NCBI RefSeq assembly: GCF_006345805.1
Contig: NC_043005.1
Span: 17,298,001-17,362,000, forward strand
Reading direction: 5' to 3'
DNA from: Octopus sinensis
Taxonomy: Eukaryota
Length of the DNA stretch: 64,000 nt
Of this stretch, positions 39,764-54,657 are shown piece by piece. The notes beneath the pieces are model-generated. The model searched no databases. It saw only the letters and a program-made list of their open reading frames with translations, and was not told the origin of the DNA. Within the stretch, counting starts at the first letter, position 1, and every line of letters starts with the position of its first letter. The position numbers and the translations under genes are program-made.

Positions 39764-40671
39764 TACTAAACTCCCGACTCGGCATGGAGCGGCAGTGCTC
39801 GACTAAACCACCACACACTGTAGCAGCGCAGCAACATTTACATCCTAATGCCGGTAGTTCAAGAAGGGTCTCAGAGGAGGCAGCGACGGAACACGGCAGG
39901 GTCACCGACAAGCCCCAGGTCACCACCGTCAAAAGCCGCCGGGCACCTGGCGACGGACGTCGGTGATAACCTCCAATACTCGGGTTTATTGTTACGGTAG
40001 GTGCAACGCTTAATGATGTGGCCTTCCTGTTTGTCGAATTCTATGGGTTTGTTATGAATGTTGACAGATTCCCTGACTGTCCGCGAATGTAATGATAATA
40101 ATAATAATATAAATAATAACGGTAACTGCAGCGATGTTGCTACTGCTGCTGTACTAGTGGCTGTGGTGCCTTTGGTAGGATACCAAAAGACCAAACTCAC
40201 TAGCAGCGAGCAACAGTCAATAAGTTTGTAAAGTTTTGCCGAATTCACGAAGACTTCGGCATAGCTGTTACTGTGATGCTGGTTGTGGCTTGTCAGTCGT
40301 AAAGCACAGTTAGCGTAGTTATAGTCGTAGTAATGGTGGCGGTAGTAGTAGTAGTAGAAATGGTAATAAGATCCTTTGTCAAGTTTCTTCTTTTTACCGT
40401 TGTTTCGTTCGTCCTTTGCCACGAGTTCTATTTCTCTCATGTCGCTGGACTCCTATTGTTGCAGTTAGTGTTAATGTTGGTCACTAGCAGAGGGGGTTCG
40501 TTCTCAGCCAGTGGGGAAGAAGTTTGTCCTGTCCTGACAACTCGGAACGGACTGGGCCGGTGACGGCCGTCCATCAGTAAAGTAAAATAGTAGAAGTAGC
40601 TTTAGTGAATGACTGATATCTGAATATCAGAGGCTTGACTAATGTACAGTCGAAGTAGGAGGAAGGTAGTT
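39764..40671 (-). other. Probable 5' UTR of the same exon, CpG-rich, with several uORFs
   Basis: Non-repetitive CpG-rich sequence; strong acceptor CCTCCTCTGCCCTCCACTGCAG| ending at 40672. Confidence 0.5.
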
Positions 40672-41269
40672 CTGCAGTGGAGGGCAGAGGAGGAATATAC
40701 GTGTGATCGAGAGAGAGAGAGTGAGAATGAGATAGGAACGGGAAGAGGGGAAGATTGAGTGGGAGAAAGACAGGGTTAGAAGAAGGAGGGAGAGTGCGAG
40801 GGAAAGTAATTAGAACAGAGAGGGAGAAATATAATTGAGTGAGAGAAAAGGAAGTGTGGAAGACGAAGGGAAAGATGGAGAGAAGGAAAGAAAGTGTGAG
40901 CGAGCGAGTGAGGCTGAACGAAAGACGGAAATGTACTTGTGTGAGAAAGAGAGCGAATGAGAGACAGAGAAAGTAAAGCTTGATAAAAGAAAGAAAACGT
41001 GAGAAAAAAAAACCCCAGGAATACAAATACAAAAGCGAAAGAGAAAAAGTGACAGAAAGTAATTGAAGAAAGAGAGGTTGAAGGGAATAAAAGAATGAAA
41101 AGTTTGTGAAATAGCAATAGCAGAGAGAAAGAGTAAGCGAGAGAGAGAGAAAGAGAGAGAACGTGTGAGAAAGAGGGAAAATATTTGAGGTGAAAGTTTT
41201 CAAAGAAACTTACTGTGTAAAAATACATAGTGAGGAAAGGAATACACGCACACACACACACACTACATT

Positions 41270-43640
<2,371 letters not shown>

Positions 43641-44068
43641 AGTGATCACGTATGCAAATTCGAGAGGGCGCGAGAAGAAAAAAAAACAGAGAAAAAATGG
43701 AAAAAAAAAAAGAAGATTCTTCAAAAGGGAGTAAGAGGTGAGCTATATAAAGCTCAAATAAATACAACAACAGTAAAAAAAAATATCTCAAATATATATA
43801 TTTATAATATTAAATAGCGAAAGCATATTTCTGCAAGAGTAAGGAATCGGAAACGCGTTATGAGGGTGAGTGGAGACTATATAGAGAGAAGAGTTCGTTG
43901 AGAAGGGCGGGGGGGGGGGAATGCAGGAGGGAGAATTTATGTGGGTAGCTTATTATGTGAGATGGGTCTCAGTTCTGGCGCTAAAACCTGTAGTCATTTG
44001 CACAGTGATAAGCTCTAAATACACACACACACATTTATACTTACATATATAATACAATACTTTATATA

Positions 44069-44113
<45 letters not shown>

Positions 44114-44118
<5 letters not shown>

Positions 44119-44343
44119 TTGTTATCGCCATATTAATATGGCAGTCTTATAGATATAAGACTAAAAGCTGTCGCTGATTAGCTCCATGAGGCCATCGCCT
44201 TAAGATAGCTATTTGACACACAAACTGTGTCCATTATAACCTTGGAAGGTTATAATGGACACGGCCCATGGAGCTAATCAGCGCGACAGCTTTTAGTCTT
44301 ATATCTATAAGACTGCCATATTAATATGGCGATAACAATTAAT
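44114..44343. repeat. Fold-back element with nested palindromes, in (TA)n
   Basis: About 80-bp near-perfect inverted arms plus an inner 17-bp stem at 44227-44262. Confidence 0.9.
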
Positions 44344-44429
44344 TTCCAGTAACGCTGAGAGACTTAGTAATTTTAATATTTCTATTTTATATAATATATA
44401 TATATATATATATAATATACATAATATAC

Positions 44430-45542
44430 TCTTTACTCCTCTTTACTTGTTTCAGTCATTTTGACTGCGGCCATGCTGGAGCACCGCCTTTAATCGATGA
44501 ACTCGACCCCGGGACTTATTCTTTTGTTAAGCCCAGTACTTATTTTATCGATCTCTTTTTGCCGAACCGCTAAGTAACGGAGACATAAACACACCAGCAT
44601 CGGTTGTCAAGCAATGCTAGGGGGACAAACACAGACACACAAACGCACACACGCATATATATATATAATACATATATACGACTGGCTTCTTTCAGTTTCC
44701 GTCTACCAAATCCACTCACAAGGCTTTGGTCGGCCCGAGGTTATAGTAGAAGACACTTGCCCAAGGTGCCACACAGTGGGACTGAACCCGGAACCATGTG
44801 GTTGGTAAGCAAGCTACTTATACATAATATATATAAAATAAATGTATATATATGTGTGTGTGTGTGGTGCAATGGCCCAGTGGTTAGGGCAGCGGACTCG
44901 TGGTCGTAGGAACGCGGGTTCGATTCCCAGAGCGAAAACGCCTAAAACTGCGCGAGGCTCCGGCAGGAGGTGGTGACGAACCCTGCTGCACCCTTTCACC
45001 ACGGCTTTCTCTCTTTCTTTCTTCTTGTTTCTGTTGTACCTGTATTGTCACATTCTGTGTGACGCTGATCCTCCCCGAGAACATGTCTGTGGAGGGCTCA
45101 GCCATTTGCGCGTTAATTTCACGAGCAGGCTGTTCCGTCGATCGGATCAACTGGAACCCTCGTCATCATAACCGACGGAGTGCCACGATATATATATATA
45201 TATATATATATATTAGCACTATGACCCGGCGATGCCGGGTCATAGTGCTAGTGCATACATATACAGCTGCGTGCGTGCGTGCGCACATACACGCGAGTAC
45301 TGTCCAAATATCCGACCAATCACATACTCTTTCTTTACTACCCACAAGGGGCTAAACACAGAGGGGACAAACGGATTAAGTCGATTATATCGACTCCAGT
45401 GCGTAACTGGTACTTATTTAATCGACCCCGAAAGGATGAAAGGCAAAGTCGACCTCGGCGGAATTTGAACTCAGAACGTAACCGCAGGCGAAATACTGCT
45501 AAGTATTTCGCCCGGCGTGCTAACGATTCTACCAGCTCGCCG
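44430..45542. mobile_element. SINE cluster: B (44430-44820 -), A tail i (44865-45185 +), C (45330-45542 -)
   Basis: Family motifs. Confidence 0.85.
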
Positions 45543-45985
45543 ACCATTCACATACAGCTAGCTGGCATTCAATTGGCGTATCAAGTTTCGGGCATTTTGA
45601 TTGGGTTTTGGATAGAAAATTCAGCAAAAAAGTCACATCTATTGATTTTTTAATGGCTTTGCGGGGTGACTGGGGAAATGTAAAGATGTGCACGACCAAC
45701 CTTGGACGGTTTTGAATGACCATAGAAAGTGCAAGCACTATAACTGAAAAATTGTGGATTTGTATAAAGTATACACACACACACACAGACATTTTGCCGT
45801 TTATATATATATATATAATGTTTATTATGTACGTCTATTATATGTATATGAAATGCAGCCGGGGTCGACCTTGCTTTTATCCTTTCAGGGTTGATAAAAT
45901 AAAGTACCACTTGAATATTGGCATCGATGAAACTGACTTACTCCTCCCTCAAAATTGCTGGCCTTGTGCCAAAATAAGCAAGGAT

Positions 45986-46031
<46 letters not shown>

Positions 46032-46339
46032 CGTATACATCTGTATGCATGCACACACAAAAGTGTGCTAAAAGAAGAAAAAACACTGTGACCAGAGGCA
46101 TGAATTTGAATAACAAAGACTAAATACCGTCCAAAAATTCACAATTCATTGAAAATATCTTTACTTGCAAAGAAGGTACACAAACGCCTAAAGGCAATGA
46201 CTACTGACGCCAGATGAGAAGGGGAGATAATCTCAAGAATCAAGAATTTATTAAGAATTGACATGCCATTAAAAATTTTTTAATTTTTTATAGAGACAAG
46301 AAACCAATTGCAGACATACATACTGTAGTTAAGAAAGCT

Positions 46340-46565
46340 CCCTTTCGTTACCAACCCGGCTGAAACCGGGTCTGACTCTGAGTACAAATGTCTTATTTTC
46401 ATAAGTTTTTCAATTAAAATCTTCCACCAAACCTCAGTCACAATTTATGTTCCTAACACTAGCTGAATGATAACTAAGTTATTTTAATAAATTCTTTGTT
46501 ATATTTAAAATTAATTCAAAGAAACACAGAGCATCTCAAAATAAATACAGTAACGAAAGGGTTAA
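46340..46565. mobile_element. piggyBac-type MITE, second family
   Basis: CCCTTTCGTTAC...GTAACGAAAGGG|TTAA; related pieces near 18890 and 56150. Confidence 0.7.
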
Positions 46566-46881
46566 TTATGAGCATATAGCTTTTACTAAAAGAAAACAAT
46601 TATTAAAGTGTACAATGTCTAGAAAATTCGTAAAAATCCAATTTTAATATTTTATATATTTTTTTATTTTTCTAATTGTTAGTCAGTTGACTGTGGCCTT
46701 GCTGGAGTACTGCCTTTTATTTGTTTCAGTCATTAAGTTGCGGCAATGTTTAGTCGAATAAATTGACCCCAGTACTTATTTCTTTTAAAGCCTTGTACTT
46801 ATTCTATCGGTCCGAGGACATAAACAAACCAACACCGGTTGTCAAGCAGTGGTGGGGGAACAAACACAGTATGTATATATT

Positions 46882-46912
<31 letters not shown>

Positions 46913-46934
46913 TAGATATATATATATATCATAT

Positions 46935-46971
<37 letters not shown>

Positions 46972-47167
46972 GCATCTATGTATGTATGTATACGACGAGC
47001 TTCTTTCAGTTTCCGTCTAACAAATCCACTCACAAGGCTTTGGTCGGTACCATGTGACTCTTTTACCACAGAGCCACGCTTGCGCCTATATATATTCTCT
47101 CTCTTCTCTCTGTCTCTCGTCTCGCTCTCTCTGTATCTCTGTCTCTCTCTGTCTCTCTGTCTCTCTG

Positions 47168-47221
<54 letters not shown>

Positions 47222-47313
47222 ATATATATATAGAGAGAGAGAGAGAGAGGAGGGAGAGAGATAGACAATATACATACATACCAACATCATACATACATAC
47301 ATACATACATACA

Positions 47314-47346
<33 letters not shown>

Positions 47347-48037
47347 TATACTATATTACTATATTATATTATAATGCAGCACGGAATTTTGTCGGTGATC
47401 AGGTCGTGGTCTCAAAGCGACGAAAATATTTTGAAAAATTAAATTTAAAGGCTGAAGTGAATTCCACGCTGCAATTGTTTTTGTTTCAGCACACGATCTC
47501 AGATCGGGTCACTTGCTAAGCAAGTACATCTCCTATATTATATCATACATATCGGAATTTGGTTTTCACGCGTCTTTTATTATTGAAGATTTCAACAGCA
47601 TGATTCAATCAGAAAACTAATTTGAATTCTCTAAAGAATAGTCAGCAGATTGTTCAACGTCTTAGCCTCTTCTATCTTTGTCTCTCTTGTTTCTCCCCCT
47701 CTCTTGCTTTCTGTCTGTCTGTCTATCTGTCTCTTTCTCTCTTCCTCTCACCTCCGATCAAAATTAAAACGGAGTGATTGCAAACTATTTCTTTGAGGTA
47801 CTTCGAGAATATTATTGAAATTTTTTACATTATATTTATTTATTATTTCAAAATTAATAGGTTTACATTTCGAATTTCATTCTGGGATACACAAATATGT
47901 CAACTATAGTCCATTCAATAATAAAAGCCTTCAGTCATTTTCTGCGCCTACGTTGACACCGCGTTTATCATTAGACAATATACTGGTTCGGTTTAACATA
48001 CGAACGGAAACATCGCTTTCTGAGCGGTTTTCTTCCA

Positions 48038-48125
<88 letters not shown>

Positions 48126-48342
48126 ATGTGTAGATAAAAAAATTATCACTTTCCGATCTCAATGACCAACAATGTAGTTGTTACAGCACCAGATATCTTG
48201 TAAATCCCTTGTAATTTACCAACCTGTTTACCTTTGATAATTTCTACAAAAACCATTTTGTTTTCCCTCACACCAAACAAAACCTTCGACCGTGTCTAGC
48301 GTAAAAAGTAATTTATCTAAAAGTTTTCGATAACACTAATAA

Positions 48343-49390
48343 CACTGAGTGACAAAAAGAAAAAAAAAAGCTTCTTTAGCAAGAGATAACTAAGGTGTCA
48401 TTAGTTGATTTTAGGGCGCTCTTTCTGAATATGAAGTCAGTTTTGCTTCACCACATCTAGATTTTGATCTACAAGGTACTCCCTCTATACCAAATTCACA
48501 GAAATCTAATGTAGCGTGCAGTACGTCAAGTCTTCTTATTTGTCTTTTAAGAATGCTCTGATTGTTCTTTTTGTGACAACCTTTATTGAGAGAGCTATAA
48601 AAGTAGATATAACACACAGTAGATCATATCTAGTTAAGAATATTTTGATTAAAAAACTTGTTTCGGATGCTATTGTAACTTGTTGTATCAAATTGTAATT
48701 GTTCTGTTCACTGTGGACTGCTGTTTTAGTATTTTTTTTTTATTTCTCCACTTCATCTTGCTTCAATTTGCATGGCTTCAATACGTGTATGTCGCAATAA
48801 CCCAGATCACTTTTGCTATATCTGCGGGGAATATGCATTTAATGATTGTTGGAGTAACATCACACCACTCATGTAAGCAAGATACAAAGATTACTTCAAA
48901 AGGAATCTTAGAGACCAACATAAATGCTTTGCTCCACATACCATGCAAAGTTTACAGAGACCAGCTTTCCTTGTGGTCCAGTAACAAGCTGAAGTAAATG
49001 CTATTTTTTTTATTTCTTTTTATTTCTTTACTGCCCACAAGGGGCTACACACAGAGAGGACAAACCAGGACAGACAAACGGATTAAGTCGATTACATCGA
49101 CTCCAGTGGGTAACTGGTGCTTATTTAATCGACCCCGAAAGGATGAAAGGCAAAGTTGACCTCGGCGGAATTTGAACTTAGAATGTAGCGGCAGACGAAA
49201 TATGTTCTTTGGATCAGACACTCGCAAAGTGATGAAGAATCAGATATTTGACTCTTCATCAATTTGCGAGTGTCTGATCCAAAGAACATACCTTTTTTAA
49301 TCTTTGCTTCACTTAACCAAAGAAAGAAATCTTTCAGCAACTTGATTGCCCCTCAGCCTCCAGTGACTTCACAAAATTTTTGAAGATTCC
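48343..49390 (+). mobile_element. Decayed Chapaev3-like (CMC) DNA transposon, interrupted and partly inverted
   Basis: TAA|CAC terminus; from ATG 48772 MASIRVCRNNPDHFCYICGEY...RDQHKCFAPH; minus-strand KNFVKSL...LSEAKIKKGMFFGSDTRKLMK at 49255-49390; superfamily assignment from memory of these motifs. Confidence 0.72.
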
Positions 49391-49785
49391 ACGTTCGGTA
49401 TGTAGCGGTTGCAACACATTTATCTCAAGTAAGGCAAGAACAGACAAAGGGGTTAAGTCAATTACATCGATCCCAGTGCGTAACTGGTACTTAATTTATC
49501 GACCCAGAAAGGATGAAAGGCGAAGTCGACTTCGGCGGAATTTGAACTCAGAACGTAACGGCAGACGAAATACCTATTTCTTTACTACACACAAGGGGCT
49601 AAACACAGAGAGGACAAACAAGGACAGACAAACGGATTAAGTCGATTATATTGACCCCAGTGCGTAACTGGTCCCTAATTTATCGACCCCGAAAGGATGA
49701 AAGGCAAAGTCGACCGCGGTGGCATTTGAACTCAGAACGTAGCGGCAGACGAAATACCACTAAGTATTTCGCCCGGCGTGCAAAC
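49025..49785 (-). mobile_element. Tandem SINE C units
   Basis: Three repeats of GTAACTGGT..TTA.TT.ATCGACCC.GAAAGGATGAAAGGC. Confidence 0.85.
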
Positions 49786-51037
49786 GCACGAATGATGTCA
49801 TAAATAACAGTGACAAACGAAAAATACACTGCCGATAGTTGTTGTTGACAAACAACGGCAGTAATTTTATTCAACTGAATACACGTCATTGATTGGTTGA
49901 AATTACCGAAATAGGCCAACTTTAAGGTGAAATAACTTCGTAACTATAAGTTTTTCTCAAACACGCTAAGAGTAAAAGATGTTTTATATGACACATTCTA
50001 CCAGTGTCCGAAGTTTGAAAGTGTTTAGTTACAAAAAATTATTTTTTAAATTTGTAGGTCAAAAGGTAAAGCTCCACATTATGTGTTTACTGTCCGCCCT
50101 ATTAAAGGTTTTTCTCTGCAGCAGGTATGCCTAGGTATTTTTCCCTAATCGTTCATTATGGCAAACGTGTTTAACTCTTATGTCCTACATTCTTCCTTCG
50201 ACAGTTCTTTATCTGTTTATCGCTTTTACTTTTAAATAAGCCGAGTCCGATGCAGATGATGTCACCAAATACTCTAGTCTCGCCCCCATCAATACCACCA
50301 CCACCACCACCACCTACAAAAGCCTGTTCACTGACTGCATAAACAATTCTCAGCAGGAATCACTTATCCTCTTTGAAAAACAGGTCTCAAAAAACATCCT
50401 GTAATGAGATATCGAAAAACCTAGTTTTAATTCAACAAAACCAAAATCTGAAGCATTAAAGCAAACCGAGACCAGAAACCCACGTTGCTGTATAACGTAC
50501 ATCTAAGCCCTCAAATACACCCGAGACATAATGGGCATTTACATTTCATGATGGCATCTTATGGCGCATTCATAGTCAAGATAATCCTTTTAGCTCGTTT
50601 CACTCATTGGATGGCAGCCATGCTGGGACACAGCCACGAAGGGTTTATTTGAACAAATCGACCCTAGTACTTATTTTAAACCTGGTATTTATTCTAGCGG
50701 TCTTCTATACCGGACCGCTAAATCACGGGGACGTAAACAAACCGACACTGGTTGCCAAGCGACGGAGTCGAACACACATATACATACAGAATCACACATA
50801 CATACGTATGTATGTATGTATGTATGTATGTATGTATGTATGTATGTATGTATGTATGTATGTGTGTATGTGTGTATGTATGTATATATATATATATATA
50901 TATATGCGCGACATTGCGATTGACCCGCTCGCCCGATAACAGATGAGGAGTTGGCAACCAACCGTATCTGTTTCTCGCTTGTTTGTGCATTTATTATGTT
51001 TTTTAAAATTCATTTTATATTAAGGCTCGTGCCTTAA

Positions 51038-51330
51038 TTCGAATGTCCTATGAAGATAAAAAATTTTATTTTCGCGATTATTTATAGACAGCATTTGGCA
51101 ACGGATGCGGAAACGGCCGTAAGATTTGTTGCGTCTTTTATTTGTTATGGCATACTTTGTATAAAAAAATAAGCTATAAAATAAGCATTTATAGCTTTTT
51201 TTTTTTCACAAAGCATGCCGTAACAAATAAGTGACGTAACAAATCTTACGGCCGTTTCCGCATCCGTTGCCAAATGCTGTCTATAAATAATCGCGAAAAT
51301 AAAATTCTTCATCTTCATAGGACATTCGAA
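51038..51330. repeat. About 290-bp palindrome inside the internal microsatellite of a SINE B (about 50588-51500)
   Basis: About 140-bp arms, near-perfect reverse complements. Confidence 0.92.
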
Positions 51331-51518
51331 TATATATATATATATGCGACAGGCTTCCACACAGTTTCCGTCTACCACTATCAAATTCATACAAGGACAT
51401 TAGTCAACTCGGCTTTTCAGTAGATGACACTGGCGCCAGGCGCCACGCAGTGAGACTGAACCTGAGACCATATGCAACCACACACCCATACTTGCGCGTA
51501 TCATATTTACTTACATTA

Positions 51519-51725
51519 AACCCTCGGCTATCGCAGATGTTACGTTCCAAAATCCCCCGCAGTATGTGAAAATCCGCGAAGTAGAAACAGTACTGTATAT
51601 AATTTTAAAATTATAATTTGTATATATTTATTTTATTATAAATGCAAAACAACTTCACGGAGGAATCGACGTAAGCTTAAATAAACCGCGATTGGTGAAC
51701 CGCGATATGGCGCGGGATTCCTGTA
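51519..51725. mobile_element. Tc1/pogo-type MITE
   Basis: CCCTCGGCTATCGC...CCGCGATATGGCGCGGGATTCCTG|TA; homologous to 28630-28837. Confidence 0.65.
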
Positions 51726-52179
51726 TTTGTTTTAGTTCCTTCATTTTTCGAACGTCTGATAGCCAGAATGACAACAATGTTTATCCCGAGTTTCAATATT
51801 GTTAAACAGGTAAGATACGAGAGTCGTTAGTCCATCCAAAACATTCCTACATATCTGTGTAAGTATTCTACAGGTAACATTTCTAACCATGGACATGGAT
51901 TTGAACACAATACTTTAAGCCAAAGAAAAAAAATTATCATTTTCACTCTATGGAGTCAGGTGAATTGACAGTATGGGACTTTTCAGCCAATGTATGGATC
52001 TTATACATTTACTTTTCTGATTCGGCAAGTACGATGAAGGTTGTGCTCAAAATAAGGCAAAATTAAGCCCGGTGTTGCCAGAAAAATGAAAACAGTGTTG
52101 TTTGTTTCTTGTAACATATGTACTTTATCTATAGTTAGCTTTTTGAAGCAAGCATTAAATATGTTAATAATTATTTCAG

Positions 52180-52887
52180 CTATCGATATAGCTCGTAGGA
52201 TGAGCTCCTGGATATTAAGAACCTTCCGGTCCAGAGAACAAGGTGTCATCATTCCACTTTTCTCCTTCTTTGTACGGCCACACCTCGAATGCTGTTGCCC
52301 CTTGTGGTCTCCCCATACAAAACATCCCGAGGACTGAATCACCCCAGAGGGCACTCACTAAACGAATTCAAGGCATGACTGATCTCGATTACTGGACCGC
52401 CTTAAAGCCTTGAAACTCTACTCTCTCCAGCGCCACCGCGAGCGCTACATCATTTGTACGATGTGGAGAATATACCGCCAGCATTGCCCAAATGACCTGA
52501 ACATTAGTTTCAAGGTTCATCCAAGGCTGGGACCACGGGCTATACGTCCCCTGCACAATTCAAGATCACAACATATGAGTACACTGCGACATAATTTCTT
52601 TTCCTCAACAGGCCCTGCTCTGTTTAACATTGTCCTAAAACTGATTAAAGAGGAAAAGGATCCTATCACTTTTAAACGGAGTCTGGACAGATATCTTCAA
52701 GGAATACCACATAAGCCACCCATACCTGGATATAACTCACTCAACAAGATCTAACTACTTGAATGGACCATAAACAAAACTTGACTTAAAAAAGATTTAG
52801 ATAATCCTATCAGGTGGTGCTATTAAGTTAGACATGGCCTGGACCAATCTTTGGTCGAAACATATCTAAGTTTTATCTAAGTTTTAT
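52180..52887 (+). mobile_element. 5'-truncated CR1/L2-type LINE (ORF2 C-terminus plus 3' UTR)
   Basis: ARRMSSWILRTFRSRE...VRPHLECCCPLWSPH...LKLYSLQRHRERY; 3' stem-loop GACCAA-TCT-TTGGTC at 52842-52856; (ATCTAAGTTTT)x2 tail. Confidence 0.9.
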
Positions 52888-53024
52888 AGGCACAAAGCCT
52901 GAAATTTTGTGGAGAAAGGTGAGTCGATTACATTCAATCTAGAGATTTCCTACAAGTCTGGCACTAACCACAATGATCTATCTTTCCCTCCCAGCACTTC
53001 GGCTCTCTGGAAATTTCTTTCCAG

Positions 53025-53570
53025 TCAACTGGTACTTAATATATTGATCCCGAAAGGATGAAAGGCAAAGTCGACCTCAGCGGAGTTTGAACTCAGAACG
53101 TAGCGACGGGCGAAATACCTCTAAGCACTTCGTCCGGCGTGCTAACGTTTCTTATTTCTTTACTGCCCACAAGGGGCTAAATATAGATGGGACAAACAAG
53201 GACAGCCAAAGGAATTAAGTTGATTACATCGATCCCAGTGCGTAACTGGTACTTAATTTATAGACCCAGAAAGGATGAAAGGCAAAGTCGACCTCGGCGA
53301 AACTTGAACTCAGAACGTAACGGCAGACGAAATACCTATTTCTTTACTACCGACAAGGAGCTAAACACAGAGAGAACAAACAAGGACAGACACACGGATT
53401 AAGTCGATTACATTGACCCCAGTACGTAACTGGTACTTATTTAATCGACCCCGAAAGTATGAAAGGCAAAGTCGACCTCGGCAGAATTTGAACTCAGAAA
53501 GTAAAGACAGACGAAATACCGCAAAGCATTTTGCCCGGCATGCTAACGGTTCTGGCAGCTCGCCGTCTTA
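53025..53570 (-). mobile_element. Tandem SINE C units
   Basis: Three units; same junction as 49440-49785. Confidence 0.85.
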
Positions 53571-53752
53571 ATTAGCAACCATAATATAACGAGCAACTCA
53601 CGAATACTTTCAGGGAGATCTCTTTTCAATAAATAAAATACAAGCGTTTCTAACGAGACATCAAATTCAATTTTCCCTCTCTTTTTTTCTATGTCGTCTT
53701 CACTAATACTATGCCGTTTGTTGCCTTTGCTTCTCTATTATTCTATGTGATA

Positions 53753-54140
53753 CTAGCAGTATCGCCCGGGGTTGCTCGGCTTTGTAAGGGAAATAACTAT
53801 ATAAGCATTTTTAGAGATGTAAATTATAATAGCCATCTCAATATGGCTAACCACAAAGTGGGGGGTGTTACTGTAGCTTTTTACGTTCTGAGATTTAATA
53901 ATAAATCTTTAGAGAGTTACTTCCCTTATATATGCCAAAAATGCATTAAAAATGGGAAAAATTGATGGTAATTTTTTTTTTAAATCGTAGACTCATCGTA
54001 GACGCGCGCTAATACCCAGAAGGGCTCGATATGAATCACGACCTATAAGATACCCGTTTTGGTTACACTGCACCGCAAAATGTGAGAGTAGTTAGGAATC
54101 TAAATCGTAGAGCACACAACCTTACTTTTATATATAAAGA
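53753..54140 (-). mobile_element. Non-autonomous Helitron
   Basis: A|TC...subterminal hairpin...CTAG|T on the minus strand; homologous to 62673-63067. Confidence 0.85.
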
Positions 54141-54275
54141 TATGCCAGAGTTTCTCACTCTATCGCTTTCAGACATCATCTACAATATATATTTATCTCT
54201 TATTTATTGAGTAATTTTCATAACCTTCGACAAAGAACCTTCAAAATACCATTTGGTGGGAAGCTTGCTTTTAAA

Positions 54276-54657
54276 TCTCTCTCTATATAAACGGCAGTTT
54301 GTCTGTGCGTGTTTCTGTGTGTCTTGTTTTCTCGTACCCTCACCTGACCACGGCTTTCAACCGATTCTGATGAACTTGACACACACATAGCCCAATGTCA
54401 TAATTCAAACTAACGCAGCGAAAATTTTGAAAAGTTCCCCCAGTTCTGAAAAAAAGCGATAAATTCGACATGGGGTCGAGAATAAAAAAAACAAACCACA
54501 GACTGTCTAGGGACGCAATCAACCTTTTATTACTCTCAAAAAAAAATTTACCATAATTTTTTTTCCATTTTTTGGCTATTTTTTGGCTATAACTCTCTAA
54601 AAATGCTTTATAGTTATTTCCCTTACAAACCTGAGCAACGCCGGGCGATACTGCTAG
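54276..54657 (+). mobile_element. Non-autonomous Helitron, different body
   Basis: A|TC start; CCTGAGCAACGCCGGG hairpin; CTAG|T end. Confidence 0.85.

Noticed and set aside
41205-41240. Recursive splice site on the minus strand (ACACAGTAAGT)
   Set aside because: Not the canonical AG|GT; acceptor and donor share one G
43831-43862. CTGCAAGA...GAAACGCGTT hammerhead-like motif
   Set aside because: Core has an insertion and stems I and II do not pair
48411-48700. Minus-strand ORFs as Penelope RT
   Set aside because: Region is better explained as the 5' non-coding part of the plus-strand Chapaev3-like element
52840-52865. Stem-loop followed by GAAAC
   Set aside because: No CUGANGA; better explained as the LINE 3' recognition stem-loop
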